The position numbers and the translations under genes are program-made. The notes below the pieces were generated by a model, which was not told the DNA's origin, ran no database searches, and saw nothing but the letters and a program-made list of their open reading frames with translations. Shown here piece after piece: positions 11,659-25,742 of a DNA stretch of 64,000 bases. Position 1 is the stretch's first letter. Each line of letters starts with the position of its first letter. The stretch spans positions 21,824,001 to 21,888,000 of the forward strand of contig OX597825.1 of assembly GCA_951406725.2 (NCBI GenBank), written 5' to 3'. Source of the DNA: Octopus vulgaris. Lineage: Eukaryota.

Positions 11659-12730
11659 TTTCCTATGTGCATGTACGTGTGTGAGTGTTTATACATACAT
11701 ACATTTACATATACACTCATGTATATTTGTTTTTACTGAATCTGCTTAATCCATTCTATAGCCGGGAACAAAGCGTGCAGTTCAAATGAAAATTGTTAAA
11801 CAAACATTGCGTACCTTTGTTATAGTTTCGTTTTGTCTTCAGAAACAAAAGTGAAAATAACTTAAAATATAATAATAAGTTGGATATAATCACATTTGTT
11901 GAATTATATTCAGCGCAAAAAAAAAAAAATTGATTATCTGTTATAATAAATCCTAGGTGGATTAAGAAAAGAAAAACAGTATAAGTATATAAATAATTGA
12001 ATTTGTTTTAGAATTGCCTTAATTGTAACGTGAAAAATAGTGAGAAAGTAAAATTAAGCGATGGATTCAACGAAATAATTGTTCTTGCATTTTAATAGAA
12101 AACTAGAACGGCAGCCATGAGATTGTTATATGACTTATTTATGACTTTATTTATTCTGTATACAGTACGATGCCATAAGTGAACCTCTATGCCGGCATAC
12201 AACCTGCTAGAAATAGCTGCTAAATTTTCCTAAACTGATACAAAATTTAATTTCATCTCACAAATAATCCGATATTTATTTTATACAAACATAAAAAGTT
12301 GGGAAGAAATAATCCTGTTTAATGGCCTAAAATTATGTGAAAAGGGGTTGCGCGTTTTGACATCGATCCAAGTACTCAACTGGTAATTATTTCATCGACT
12401 CCGAAAGGAAGAAATACAAAGTCGACCTCAGCGGAATTTGAACTCAGAAAGTAAAGACAACCGAAATGTCACTAAGACTATCATTCAGCATGCTAGCGGT
12501 TCATCGCCTTATAATATATTTCTTTACTCTAATCAGTTCTACTAAAGTCACAACACCTGAAATTTGAGGGAGGGACGGGGCAAGTTGATTACATCAACCC
12601 CAATATTCAACTGGTACATATCCTATCGACCCCGAAGGGTGAAAAGCAAAGTCGACCTCGGCGGAATTTCAGCTTCACCGCCTTATATTAATGGATTCCA
12701 ATTTTGGCACAAAGCGAGAATTTTTGAGGA

Positions 12731-13163
12731 TAGGCGCAGGAGTGGCTGGACGGTAAGTAGCTTGCTTACCAACCACATGGTTCCGAGTTCAGTCCCACTG
12801 CGTGGCAACTTGGCCATGTGTCTTCTACTATAGCCTCGGGCCGACAAAAGCCTTGTGAGTGGATTTGGTAGACGGAAACTGAAAGAAGCCCGTCCTATAT
12901 ATGTATATATAAATATTTATGTGTGTGCATATGATTGTGTGTCTGTGTTTGCTACCCCCCCCCCCCACAACATAGCATGAAAATCGATGCTGGTGTGTTT
13001 ACGTCCCCTTAACGTGCCCGGTTCGGCAAAAGAGACCGATAGAATAAGTACTAGGCTTACAAAGAATAAATCCTGGAGTCGATTTGCTCGACTGAAGGCG
13101 GTGCTCCAGCATGGCCACATTCACATGACTGAAACAAGTAAGAGAGTATAAGAGTAAAGAGTA
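12731..13163 (+). mobile_element. SINE family B, near full length
   Basis: tRNA-like head (ggagtggctg...ggttccgagttcagtccc), internal TA/TG tract, tail actgaaacaagtaa(gagtaaa)n; many copies in the window. Confidence 0.85.
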
Positions 13164-13393
13164 GGAAGAAGTCCTTTACATTTCATCCGTCTCTACTTTC
13201 TGAGTTCAAATTCCCTGAGATTGACTTTGCCTTTCGTCTTTTCCGAGTCGATGAAATAAGTACCAGATGGAGATTGGGGTTAATCAAATCGACATAGCCC
13301 CTCCCCCATAATTGCCTGTCATGTGCCAACATTTGAAAGCATTAATGTATGTCTTCTTTATGTATTCAAGCTTTTCTTTGCTTTATTTTGCAG

Positions 13394-13555
13394 TCCTTAT
13401 ATCAACAAACGAAACGGAGAAGGCCGTATCCAGCGAAAAGGATGGCATGCTGACTGGCTTAATAGTAGGTGGAATTGCCTTGTTGATGGTTATTGTTCTC
13501 ATAGTCGGGCTCTGCCACAGTTCATCGTCAATTACTTTTTACCAAAAACTTCCAA
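13394..13555 (+). CDS. Internal exon with transmembrane helix of a receptor-like protein kinase
   Basis: ttattttgcAG acceptor, GTaaat donor, phase 1-1, 162 nt; encodes LISTNETEKAVSSEKDGMLTGLIVGGIALLMVIVLIVGLCHSSSSITFYQKLP (N-glycosylation sequon NET, then ~21 hydrophobic residues). Confidence 0.75.
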
Positions 13556-15221
13556 GTAAATATATTTGATTTTATAAACGTTTTCATTTACTCTGTTAGT
13601 TTTTGTGTAACCCAAATCGAATTTTGATTTAAGCTTCTTTAGATAATTTCTTCTTTACCGTTTGTTTTTTTTTTCTGTTTTTGAGAAGGCGAATATTTTG
13701 AATCCTCAAAAAGATAAACCTGATATATTTTTATAATCCAAATATCAGAAGCAGAGAACGGTGGTGAGATGAGATATGTATGGAAATGGGAATGAAGAAA
13801 TGTCGGGAAGTTATTTCAACAGATAATATATATGGTGTGGAGAAGTATGTAAAGAAATAATCAATGCTGGACAGAAAGATCGAACGAGAGAGAGAGAAAG
13901 AAAAGAAAGGGAAAACACTAGTGAAATTTTAATTAGTATTACAATAGGATGAGAAAATATAAATACAAATTTAGGTTTATAAAAACATTTCGCTTTTATG
14001 ATATCGGAAACGAAATACGAAAACTCCAAAGAAATTTTAAAAAGATTTTTAAAAATAAGCTTCAATCAATTATCAGATATTTCCTATCTGATACTAATCT
14101 CCTTTTACTCAGATAAACTCTGTGGTAAAAGAAAATTCGTTTTTGTTTAAATTTTGCTTTAAATTTTGATACTTTATACTGAAACACTTCTAATAACCTT
14201 TGGGGTTAAATTCATTGGATTTTCATGCATTTGTGTTTGACGTTTTATCGAATTTTGTGGGAATGATGGTGAAATGCAATATAGATATTAGAAGCTAATA
14301 TACTAAATATAATTTTGCCTGACTTCATTGTCAATTGATCGTTGCCCCTCTTCACTATTTGCACATAATTAATTACAGTTTAATTATTAGTTTGAGAAAC
14401 AAAAGAAGACTACGAAAATACTATATAATCTGAAATAGATTATGAGACGACATATCCCTGAGAGCCAAGTCCTTATCATTATTCATGTAGAGCTCTGTAA
14501 GTTCGTATCCTGCCGCTAACAATGATATATAGCATTGCCAACACACCAAAGTATCAGAGACTCATAATAGAGACACGAAAATTAAGATCGTAGAAAACAA
14601 GTAACCTACACTACAAGAAACAATGAATTACATAAACGATCGAAGAGCGATATGAAAATTTAATGCAAATGTCAGTCACTAAAGCCATCTACTTCTACAT
14701 CAGCACCTTAATAATTATTTCTAACTCAGACGCAATGCTCCATTTTATGGTCATGATATCGGAGTCAATACGTTACCTGTACTTTATTTTATAGAACCCC
14801 ACTCACTTCCCCGGAGTGATTAAAAACTGAAGACATTTGGCTTAGTAGTAAAGGTGTTTGTTCAAAGTTCATGGTTTCGATTCCGGAACAAGCCGCTCCT
14901 TTGTGATCTTGAGCAAAACGCTTCGAAACCATGTCACGTTGCTTCAGTATATTAAGCAGTGAATAAGTCTACGAAAGACTGGTGTCTCGTTCAGGGATGG
15001 AGTCTGGTGATCTCGGTCACTTATACGCCATGGAAACCGTGTTGCCGTCCATGTGCGGTCTCGGACTCAAGACGGTAAAATCTCCAATGGTTAATTATGA
15101 TGGAGCATTGAAAAGCGTAGTTAATCACGTCGGGACTTGAACTTACGACATAAGGAGTCGGAAGAATCCTCGACAACATTTTCCCTGATACTTCATCGAC
15201 TCTGTCTCTCATGCTTAATTC

Positions 15222-15432
15222 TTTCTACAATAGGCACAATGCCTGGAATTTGATGGGAGGGGTCTAGTCGACTACATCGACCCCAGTGTTTCACTGATAC
15301 TTAATTTATCGACCCCGAAAGGCTGAAAGGCAAAGTCGACCTCGGCGAAATTTTAACACAGATCGAAAACACGGACGAAATGCCGTTAAGCTTTTTGCCC
15401 GGAGTGTTAACGATTTTTCCAGCTCGCCGCCA
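15222..15432 (-). mobile_element. SINE family C copy
   Basis: gtcgactacatcgaccccagtg...aaaggcaaagtcgacctcggcg...cagctcgccgcc. Confidence 0.75.
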
Positions 15433-16055
15433 TTTTCCTTTATAATGGTTTCAAATTTTGCCACAAGTGTAGGTTTTACCTGCTCGCCGCCATTCCTTCT
15501 TAATAATAATGATTTACAACAATGGCAAAACACCACATGTATATTGATTAATTTTTATTTATTTTTTATTGGCGGTAGAGGAAAGTAATTTACTGTTTCT
15601 TTTAACCACTACTTCTCGCTTTGTTTTTAATAATAATAATAATCCATAAAAGTGGCATATTTCTAGACATTTTCGTGCGTGATTGTAGAGTTGATTAATA
15701 TGATCTTCTATTTGGATTCATACATAAATCAATCTCAGAAGTGGGATAGCCAAACATAGGAAGTAATAGACGATGATGATGACTAATGAGCCCGTTGGCT
15801 GACATTGTAGATCAAGCTGGCCCACTCACTACAATCCAATGCATTTTCGATCAACTCGCTTTAATTCGGTTTGAAAAATGCGTGATTTTTCGAAAGCAAT
15901 ACTCCTTTCTGAATTCTATCCTTGATGGTGATGACAAGCAATTCTTTCCCAATTCACCTCCCAACTTTCAAATTGTTTCAGTAAGGACTTTATATAATCT
16001 TTAAATCGTAGGCTTAGCTCCTGTTGGGGTTCTTACAGTACAGAATTTGGCCATA

Positions 16056-16590
16056 TACAAGAGATGCTATCAAAACGTTCACGAACAAGTTCTATAGCAC
16101 ACCAAAAGGTTGCGGAACACAGTTGCATGTGCAATGGGAGCTAGCAGTGCCATTCATCACTGTGACATCATAATAGTGAGCCGAGTGGTATCGCTGTATT
16201 TATTTTGTACCTTGTGAAATTTGTGTTTTTGTGATCACGTGTATGCTGTAGTTTCCAATTTTGTCATGGACAGGAACAAATGTATTGTGCGTTGAATTGA
16301 GACGTTAGCTACAGTGACATTGAGCATTCCTCGGCAAGCTTAAGGCGACAAGGCATTGGATCGAAAGTAAGGTTTCGAGTAGCACGGGTTCTTCAAAAGC
16401 ATAGCAACATCCCTGGAATAGGATGCGCGATATGAAAGTGCCTCCGTCCTGCCAATTGAGAGTTTAACTACGACATTTTGAAGCGTTTTGGGGAGGGCAT
16501 TCGATGAAAGCGACCGGGAGCGCGAAAACTGGAATTTTCCCGATGGCAATGCATCCTATCACCGAGCTCTTCATGACTCCCAAATCTGCA
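16056..16590 (+). pseudogene. Degenerate mariner-type transposase N-terminal remnant
   Basis: Stop-riddled translation ~16305-16440 (ATVTLSIPRQA*GDKALDRK*GFE*HGFFKS..TSLE*DAR) resembles the mariner HTH region (ET..L..AYGD.AL.R..VFEWH.RFK.G..SLEDD.R). Confidence 0.55.
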
Positions 16591-17745
16591 CCCTGCAAAC
16601 AATACATAATTGCATAGTTTTCATAAAGTTAATTGAATTGACAATAACATATCTAATACAGTGAATTGCAATACTATTTTAATCAACAAAAACCCCATCT
16701 GTAAGGGGGGTTATTACACATATAAATATAGTTTCCTGGAAATAATTTAATTGTAGCTATAACACGTTAATTGATTCGTCTTATGTTGAGGCGAGTTAAC
16801 GTTGAAGAAAAGTTCACAATACAAAATACAAAAAATATCACATCCTCTATTCACGGGGCCAGCATACTTCGAGTTTCTCTCACTGGCCCTTTCGGCCACA
16901 AAAAAGGTTCCAGTGTAACACCAGTTATATTAATCTCAGATGCTTGGGAGTACATATAAATAATATGGCTCTTATCTATTTAAATTTTTCAAACTACAGT
17001 AAAACTTTCTTAAATATTGACGACTGTGCGTATTAAATTTCGGAGTATATCATACAGCTAACTTTGATATAAATTTAGAACATAAAATGACATCCGCAAT
17101 GTTTCAGCGAAAAAGAACATAACGATAAATAAATAATGTATTCTATTTGAGAAAAATTAATTTAACATATCTAAGACTTGTATGTCATCTGTTTTCTCTA
17201 TAAGCTTTGACTCCTAACGAGTAGCTTGTCGTAGTAAATGACGCCTTAATTAAAATGACATTTCTAATAAGTGATTTCTGAGAACGTACATCCAAGATAA
17301 GTATCTGATTCTAGACTTAAGAAGCCTTAAAACACATATAGGTATACACAAATACGTGTGAACAAACGCATATTCATATATGTCTTATAACGTACAGCTT
17401 CATTAATATCTAAAAATTGTGCAACAAATTGCTTAAAAGGTTTCCATTCAATATTAAGCCATTCTTGATGAGATCAGACAACATTTACTTAACCAATCTA
17501 TCATTTATAATTCTAAAGTCAACTTTTGTTAATGCCTAAAAAATGTAGGTTCGTGCTGCATAGGCAGCCATCGAATTTTGTATCGGAAAGGCTTCTTCAG
17601 CCCTATATTTACATGCTTTTATTTAGATTTACTTGCTTCAAAAACCATGTTCCCAGGGATATTTATTAATTCTTATGACGGCAACAATATATATAAAAGT
17701 ATATGTGTGTAGATATATATTTATATATGTAAGTTTACGTAAGTC

Positions 17746-17776
<31 letters not shown>

Positions 17777-18132
17777 GGTGGGTATGCTCTCCTCAACAGC
17801 GTTATGGCTTCTTGAGTTTATGGAATTTCACAATTCAGGAAATTATATATTATACCTGATATTCAAATTTCCAGAATTTGAAAGCTACATTTCCTTCCAG
17901 GCAAAATGGGTCCTTTCCAGGGGTGTATATATGTGCGTGTATGTAAATTATGTTGTATTAGAATGATTATCCACCTATCTGTCTGTCTATTTGCCTGCCT
18001 GTCTATTTGCTTGCCTGTCTGTCTAGTCTATCTATATCTGTCTCTCCATCAATTTCTATGTTTTATTACATCCTCCACACTCACACACGTATACATCAAC
18101 ATTGATCATCACAACTATCTGCGAACAATACT

Positions 18133-18496
18133 GACTCAAAGAACATCAACACCAACGCCTATACAACGACCATAATTCCAAACACACCAACACCGACTCA
18201 AAGAACATCAACACCAACGCCTATACAACGACCATAATTCCAAACACACCAACACCGACTCAAAGAACATCAACACCAACGCCTATACAACGACCATAAT
18301 TCCAAACACACCAACACCGACTCAAAGAACATCAACACCAACGCCTATACAACGACCATAATTCCAAACACACCAACACCGACTCATAGAACATCAACAC
18401 CAACGCCTATACAACGACCATAATTCCAAACACACCAACACCGACTCAAAGAACATCAACACCAACGCCTATACAACGACCATAATTCCAAACACG
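18133..18496. repeat. 62-bp minisatellite, ~5.9 near-identical copies
   Basis: Unit gactcaaagaacatcaacaccaacgcctatacaacgaccataattccaaacacaccaacacc starts at 18133, 18195, 18257, 18319, 18381 and 18443. Confidence 0.95.
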
Positions 18497-18642
18497 CAAA
18501 CACATTCGTGAACAAACCTTACAGCAACAATATAAGCAACACTAACTAAAATGATAACAATGACAACTGATAATTTGTTAAGTAAGGTCACTTTTAAAAA
18601 ATGAATGGAATGCTCCCGGAAAAGCATACATATATGTGTCAA

Positions 18643-18873
18643 TAGGCGGCGACCTGGCAGAAACGTTAGCGTGCCGGGCCAAATACTTAGCGGTATTTCG
18701 TCTGCTGTTACGTTCTGAGTTCAAATTCCGCCCAGGTCAACTTTGCCTTTCATCCTTTCGGGGTCGATAAATAAAGTACCAGTTTCGCACTGGGGTCGAT
18801 GTAATCGACTTAATCCTTTTGTCTGTCCTTGTTTGTCCCCTATATGTTTAGCCCCTTGTGGGCAATAAAGAAA
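18643..18873 (+). mobile_element. SINE family C copy
   Basis: aggcggcgacctggcagaaacgttagc...gttctgagttcaaattccgcc...gccccttgtgggcaataaagaaata. Confidence 0.85.
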
Positions 18874-20920
18874 TATATATGTGTCAATATGGAGCAATAC
18901 AGCTAACAGGTAAAAGTTGACACCATCATCATCATCATCAACGATACTATCACCATCACAAACACTAATATCAACGCGAAAACCAATACAATCAATACTA
19001 CAGTTCCTACTAACCCTCGAAATTTTGGATGACCAATTTCAAAGGACATTTTCTTTCATCCATTCTGGGTCGATTAAAATAAGTAGCAGCTGAGCACTGA
19101 AGTTGGTGTAATCGATTTTTCCCTTCTTCTAAATGGCTGGCAAAAATTTCAAACCAATAATAACGTCAATATGGTAGCAACGTCTCGAGCCACAGATGTT
19201 TTATAGCAAAGGAAAGATTTTTTTTCTGTGCCTGTGTCCGTAAAGTGTAGATATTTATGGCTCAACTCCAAAGGTGCAAATGGTGAAGTGGCTATGAACC
19301 TAGTAACCCTTCAGCTATCTGTAATAATACAGTATTTTCTCCAACTTCATCCTTTCCTTTCTCATTCCATTCTTAAATCCATAGGAATATAAAAATGTTT
19401 TACTCTCACAAACAGTACTTTCCTCCTCCTATATCTTACTACATATTGTTGAAAGCCTCCGCTATTGGCTTTACCTACAGTTCAAGATGTCTAGAAAGAA
19501 AACATCAAGGGAAACTGAAGGACGTAATGCATTAAGAAACCATAAACCATAAAAGGATTGCGCTGGATATTAAGCTTGACTCCTGAAAAAAGGTTTGATG
19601 TGAGAGAAGGAAATCAACCGCATTAAACGTTAAAGCTTGCAAAGTAAAAACAACACGTAAAACAATACGTAAAACAATACGTAACAATAGAGAAAAATGC
19701 TAAACAAATTACTCAACCCACATCTCGGTCCCCCATTTTTGCACTCATCTAATTGGATACATCAAACGTGACGGTTGCTGGGCGTATGAATCGATGATTT
19801 GTCTCGAATCCTGGCGCCAATTAGCACAAGAGAAATTATGGAAAAAATTAAAAAAACATGAATATATTGTAGGACAGTTTTCAGATGCCAACCTCCGAAA
19901 AAAATGAAGCGTTTCACGAAAAGCTTTTTCTTGTTATAAAGGCTGGTTTCAAAGTTTGAAGAAGTTTTCGACTTGCACAACAAAACGATGACAAAAATGG
20001 CCAATAAAACTCCTATTTTTGATACAAATGCTGCTCCAAATGTCTTGCGCAACTGGGAAAAAAATTGCTGGAGCAATTCTGCAGGTTTGATGAAACTCCA
20101 CTTTTATTGAAGTTCATGTCTACTAGATATTTTTTATTTCCTGAATCGAAAAAAATAACAGAAGGATTTAAAGTTTCCAAACAATCGTCTGGCGCTTCTG
20201 GGAAGAAATGGCTTTGGAGATCAAATCTCCTACACATCTAAAGTTTTTGAAGAGTTACGCAACGTTTAATTTCGTGATTAATAAATAAATTTCGTGTTTA
20301 AATAAATAGATGTGTCTAAGAACCTTTTCCAAATATTTTCGTCCAGCTGTAGAAGGGAACCATAAACTATTTCGAACAAAGCGTTGCTTCTTCTAACCGC
20401 TGCAACAAGCCACCTGGTGAACTTAAATGAACCTTCTGTGAATGTGAATATAGAATATATGCCCCAAGAATACAAGACGAGTAACTAAATTGCTTCCGGT
20501 TTCTTTATCTGTTGATGCGGTCAGTGTACATATAAATTGATACAGTGAGTGTGTAGGCGCGATGCTTTTCTGGTCCTCTGTCACCGCTTTACAACTAAAG
20601 CTGAATTTTTTTATACTCCTATAACATAGTAGCTTATCGGAATAGTCTTATGGGATAAGCAACGGACTTAAAGCAATAACGAATTGATAGGCTAAACCAT
20701 TGAAAGCCTTGCCCAATATGACTGCAATCTGCTGACTGGAACAAATAATAAAAGAAAATATATGTGATAGAGAGATAATTTCAAGAGATTAATTTGTTTA
20801 ATAAATTGTTACCGCTGGTGTAGGCTGTTGTCTGTATTGTTGTCTATAAGGCTAGATATTTTGGAGGAGTATCGGTCGGTTATATCAAGTGATGCTATAT
20901 CTTATTGTATCTAGCATACA

Positions 20921-21432
20921 CTGTAAATCCTCGAGTATAATCCGCATTTTTTCCCAAAAATTTAAAGGTCAAAATCCCTAGATCGTACTATATACGAGGT
21001 TAAAAATGAAAGTTATTTTCTAAGCAATGTCCGAGTCTCTATTTGCTGTTCGGCAATGTTTATTCAGACGCATTTTGTGATGTCAGGCATGAAAATACCT
21101 TAAGCTAAGCCTGAAAGCAATGAAGTCATAAAAGAATCAGCCATAACTTGCAGTAAGCAACATTTATTAAACATTATTATTGTTATTTCTTTATTTTCTG
21201 CAAACAAAATGTACAAAAAAGCTACACGTTTGCATTACGTTATATGTACGATAATAATAAAGGGCGTTACCGTATACATTTTTACAAAGCAAGGACGTTA
21301 TATAGATCTCCTTGACTGAAGTTAGAGAAGGGGTGCGTATTATACACATGGTTTAGATTTTTCAGAGGTACAGACCCCTAAAAATCCCCTGCGTATTATA
21401 CTCAAGGGCGGACTATACTCGAGGATTTATGG
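20921..21432. mobile_element. Non-autonomous Tc1/mariner/pogo-type MITE
   Basis: ~25-bp imperfect TIRs (ctgtaaatcctcgagtataatccgc / gcggactatactcgaggatttatgg), TA at the right flank, no ORF. Confidence 0.75.
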
Positions 21433-22407
21433 TATGTGATCGCAGCGTGACTTCAAGTCAGAATTTAAAACGGCGAATAAATATCCCAAAGTATTTTCCC
21501 CGTTACTCTAACGAATGTACTAATCAACCATATTTAGTGCAATTACGTGGATTGGGAATGTCTAAAACACATTGTTAACACGTAAAACATCGCAACACAC
21601 ATACAGTAACATAGATATAATATAATTAATTACTGATCTCGTGTACGGTATAATGGAAACGAAATCAAACAAATGAAAGCGAATTTAATGAAGAATAAAA
21701 CAACGCAATAACAATACAATTACAAAGATAATTTAACAGATGATATGTTCACAATAACGAATCAGACGAGAATAAAATCAAAGAAGAGGCGGGGAAATAT
21801 TAATAAAAACAAACAAAAATCTGAACATCAGAAACACCACTAACAAAAAAGGAATAAAAACCGAAACAAATCAAAAATACAAATGGATGAAAATAATAAA
21901 CAAATAAATTAAAAGTTAAAAATGTTTGATAATATTTCTGAATTATCTTGGTTAATTAGTATGTAATTTAGATTGTACTTATTTCTAACTGTAAGTTAGA
22001 CATCACTAGTATTGTTTATGATTAGCTCGCATGACTCAATTAATTTCTGCTTTTTTTATATATATGTTTTGCAAGGAATGCTAAGCATAGATTTTTTTCT
22101 ATATGTTTAATTAAACTCTATCAGAATTGCCGAATGAAATGTAACTAATTTTAATGTACACAATTTTCATTTGTAATTATATTTATGCAACCATATATAC
22201 GCTTTGCGTATCTTTGTAAGACAAAAGAATGTATCTGAATTTGTGTATACGGATGCATGTATACACACACACACACATGTATACATTTATATATTTACAA
22301 ACACACACACATATGTATATATATATACACACGCTCACAATCACATATATTTCGTCTATAGATTATTGTTTTACTAATAATACATACATACGTACATATA
22401 TATATAT

Positions 22408-22469
<62 letters not shown>

Positions 22470-22859
22470 TTCTAATATAGGATGGAGCTTTTTTACAGAA
22501 AAAAAATTTCATCAATAAATGTGGCAGCATATTAACATACCTGTAAGGTTAAAATTATAAACAACTTATAAACAAGAAATAATATTTCTATACCAATATG
22601 CTGATAACAGACTTTTAAATCGTCAATTTCCACATATTATTTACTCGCTACAGAAAACACGTAGAGCTGAAATCTAGGAAAGCTAGCGAACATAATTTTT
22701 TAAAAAGTTCGTTATTTTTTTATTGAATCAATTTCGGAATTAATCTCATAATAGATTTTTTTCTCTTCAGTAGAAAGTACGAAAAGACATAAATGAAATA
22801 TTTACATGCGCCCATGGAAAAAAGCGGAAGCAAAAATCATGAGTACTTATAAGTATCCC

Positions 22860-23150
22860 AGATACATCGTAAAGTTGTGAGTTCAATTTCCCGCGACCCA
22901 TTGTGTTCTGAAGTAAAACACTTTATTTTACGTTGCTTCAGTCAACTCAGCTAGCAAAAATGAGTAGTACCCGTATTTCAAAAGGGCCAGCCTGTTCACA
23001 TTCTGTATCACTGAGAAACTCTTCTAGAACTACATTAAGGGTACACATATCTGTGGAGTACTCAGTCACTTGCAAGTTAATTTCACGAGCTGGCTGTTCT
23101 GTTGATCGGATCAACTTGGACACGCGTCGTCATAACCGATGGAGTGTCAG
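22860..23150 (+). mobile_element. SINE family D2 copy
   Basis: Matches the reverse complement of 3978-4299 (gtggagtactcagtcacttgcaagttaatttcacgagc...gttgatcggatcaac). Confidence 0.65.
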
Positions 23151-23492
23151 TTATTCCTTAAGACGCGCGGCCTAGGGTTTAGTTTACTTAGCTGGAGGTC
23201 ATCATATAGGTATTTCATTTGTGGTACAGAGGGTAACACTCTGTCCTTGAGCAAGGCACTACATTGCATGTTGCTCTGGTCTATTTAGCTGCAAATTAGA
23301 GCCCCTCACAGTCACTGATTAATAATCAAATATATAAACATAACATCGTTAGGAGATTCACTAATTACATAATACTTGCACATCTTCACGAAATTATGCA
23401 TACGCACCCACATATACATATATAAATATATACACATACAGACACACACATGCGTATATATATATATTTACGTGTGTGTGAGTGTATGTATA

Positions 23493-23524
<32 letters not shown>

Positions 23525-23591
23525 ATTGAACGCATGTAAGCGTCTGTGTGTACGTCACTGACGCAAGCACACACATGGACATATAATACAT

Positions 23592-23627
<36 letters not shown>

Positions 23628-24954
23628 TCATGTGAATTCAGATGCATGCATAGATGTGCATCTACTACTGTTGCACATGTTTGGATATAGGGACTTCAAT
23701 AATGAATAACTGGTTAATTATACAATATTTCACATTGTTATTCTAATTAAGTGAATCATTGACTTATTAAGGAGAGCGATATTCTACAGAAACCGCCGGC
23801 TAAATTAGATGCAATTGTGTACACGAGAGAGAAAGGAGTTGTGTTCAATAGAGAAAGAAGGAGAAGGCGGACTGATACAATGCATGAGTGAGTTTCAGAA
23901 AGGATTAGCAAGTGACGGTCGTTGATGTTTATAATGAAAATACGGACGACCATAAAATTATGCAATAACAACGAGAGCAACAACAAAAACAACACCCAAA
24001 AGAATAGATTAAGTGTAATTATAGCATTAATCTTCATATTTCAATATCTTGTAGGGGTTCACACTAAAAGTTAACTTAGAAATGAGGCAATTTGCTGAAT
24101 AGATTTGTGGGGCAGGTCGTGTGCACTATTACCAGTCGTCACCCGCCAGTCATTATATTAGGCTGTCTCGATACTTCAGTTCTTCCATAGCTGGAGCCAT
24201 CCAATCTGATGAATAATAATGAACGTTGAACGTGTCGAAGCTAAATGAGAAGGCAATGGGTTACGAATGACGACGATTATAAATATAAATTACAAAGCCG
24301 ATTTTAAACATAGTATTTCAGTTTTCCCCCTTCATAGAGCTCTGCGTGTTAAAAAGAAAAGAAAAAAAATAGTTTGGGTTCATAAAAACACTGCAGACGC
24401 TGATGCCATAGATTAGCAAATAAAATTCTTTATTCATTTGGAATGACATACACTTGAAAGACGTGTGTGTATGTGTTTGTGCATGTGTGTGTATGTGTGT
24501 GTGTGTGAGGGTGTGTATGTGTGTATGTGTGTGTGTGTGTGTGTGTGTATTTTGCCTGTAAAATATAAACGTCATTATTTTCTGTGTCCTGCTTTCATAT
24601 GTCATTAACCGAATCACTATTATTACCATCGGTAATACAATTATTATTACCTCTACAATATCGATACCATCATCAACACAGAGACCATCCTAATTATTGT
24701 TCTGAAATTTCAATTTTATTAGCATGCGATATTCGTTCGGGGCGCCTTCATTCTTTCTCTGAGCAACTCTCAACTTTAAGCACAAATGTTACTCCATTGC
24801 TTAGCAAAAATTCACAATTACAAGAAAATAAAACAAAATTAGTACATCGTAGCCTCCAGACATAGAACTAATGTAATAATTTGAAGAATATGTTAATAAT
24901 TAGACGAGCATCGTTTTCTGCATTGTTCAATGATTAGATTTTTCGTTACTTCAG

Positions 24955-25087
24955 CTAAATCACGAAGACGAGAAGCCATAAAAGCACAGCTGGATTATGA
25001 ACCAGAACTAGCGCAGTCAAAGAAGCGCGAGTTGCCTGTGATCAATTGCTGTATCATCCCGGCCTCTCAGATTGAGACAGGTAAAAG
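24955..25087 (+). CDS. Internal exon (juxtamembrane region to kinase start) of the receptor-like kinase
   Basis: ttacttcAG acceptor, AG|GTaagc donor, 133 nt, phase 1 to 2, bridging the TM exon and the kinase exon exactly; encodes TKSRRREAIKAQLDYEPELAQSKKRELPVINCCIIPASQIETGK(R). Confidence 0.82.
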
Positions 25088-25129
25088 GTAAGCGTTTATA
25101 TGGATCTATGTCTTTGTTCTTCGTCTATA

Positions 25130-25742
25130 ATCTTTTCTACTCTAGGAACAAGGCACAAAATTTTGGGAGAGGAGGCCAGTCGATTAGATCGATCCCAGTA
25201 CGCAACTGGTACTTAATTCATCAACACCGTGAGGATGAAGGTAAAGTAGACCTCGGCGGAATTTAAACTTAGAACTTAAAGACAGACGAAGTACCGCTAA
25301 GCTTTACGCCCGGCCTGCTAATGTTTCTTATTTCTTTATTGCCCACAAGGGCTAAACATAGAGGGGGGAAACAAGGACAGACAAAGTGATTAAGTCGATT
25401 ACATCGACCCCAGTGCGTAAGTGGTACTTAATTTATCGACCCCGAAAGAATGAAAGGCAAAGTCGACCTCGGCGGAATTTGAACAAAGAACGTAAAGATA
25501 GACGAAATACCTATTTCTTTACTACCCACAAGGGGCTAAACACGGAGAGGACAAGCAAGGACAGACAAACGGATTTAGTCGATTATATCGACCCCAGTGC
25601 GTAACTGGTTCTTAATTTATTGACCGCGAAAGGATGAAAGGCAAAGTCGACCTCGGCGAAATTTGAACTCAGAACGTAGCGGCAGACGAAATACCGCTCA
25701 GCATTTAGCCCGACACGCTAACGTTTCTGTCAGCTCGCCGCC
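25130..25742 (-). mobile_element. SINE family C tandem multimer
   Basis: Three reiterations of the gtcgat..atcga.cccagtgcgtaactggtacttaatttatcgac...gtcgacctcggcggaatttgaac block. Confidence 0.8.

Noticed and set aside
18133-18496. CRISPR-like regular repeat (also 40164-40643)
   Set aside because: Pure tandem units with no unique spacers and no cas genes, in eukaryotic context.
19450-20480. Possible degenerate DNA-transposon coding remnants (ORFs 19762-20475)
   Set aside because: No catalytic motif or terminal repeats could be identified with confidence.
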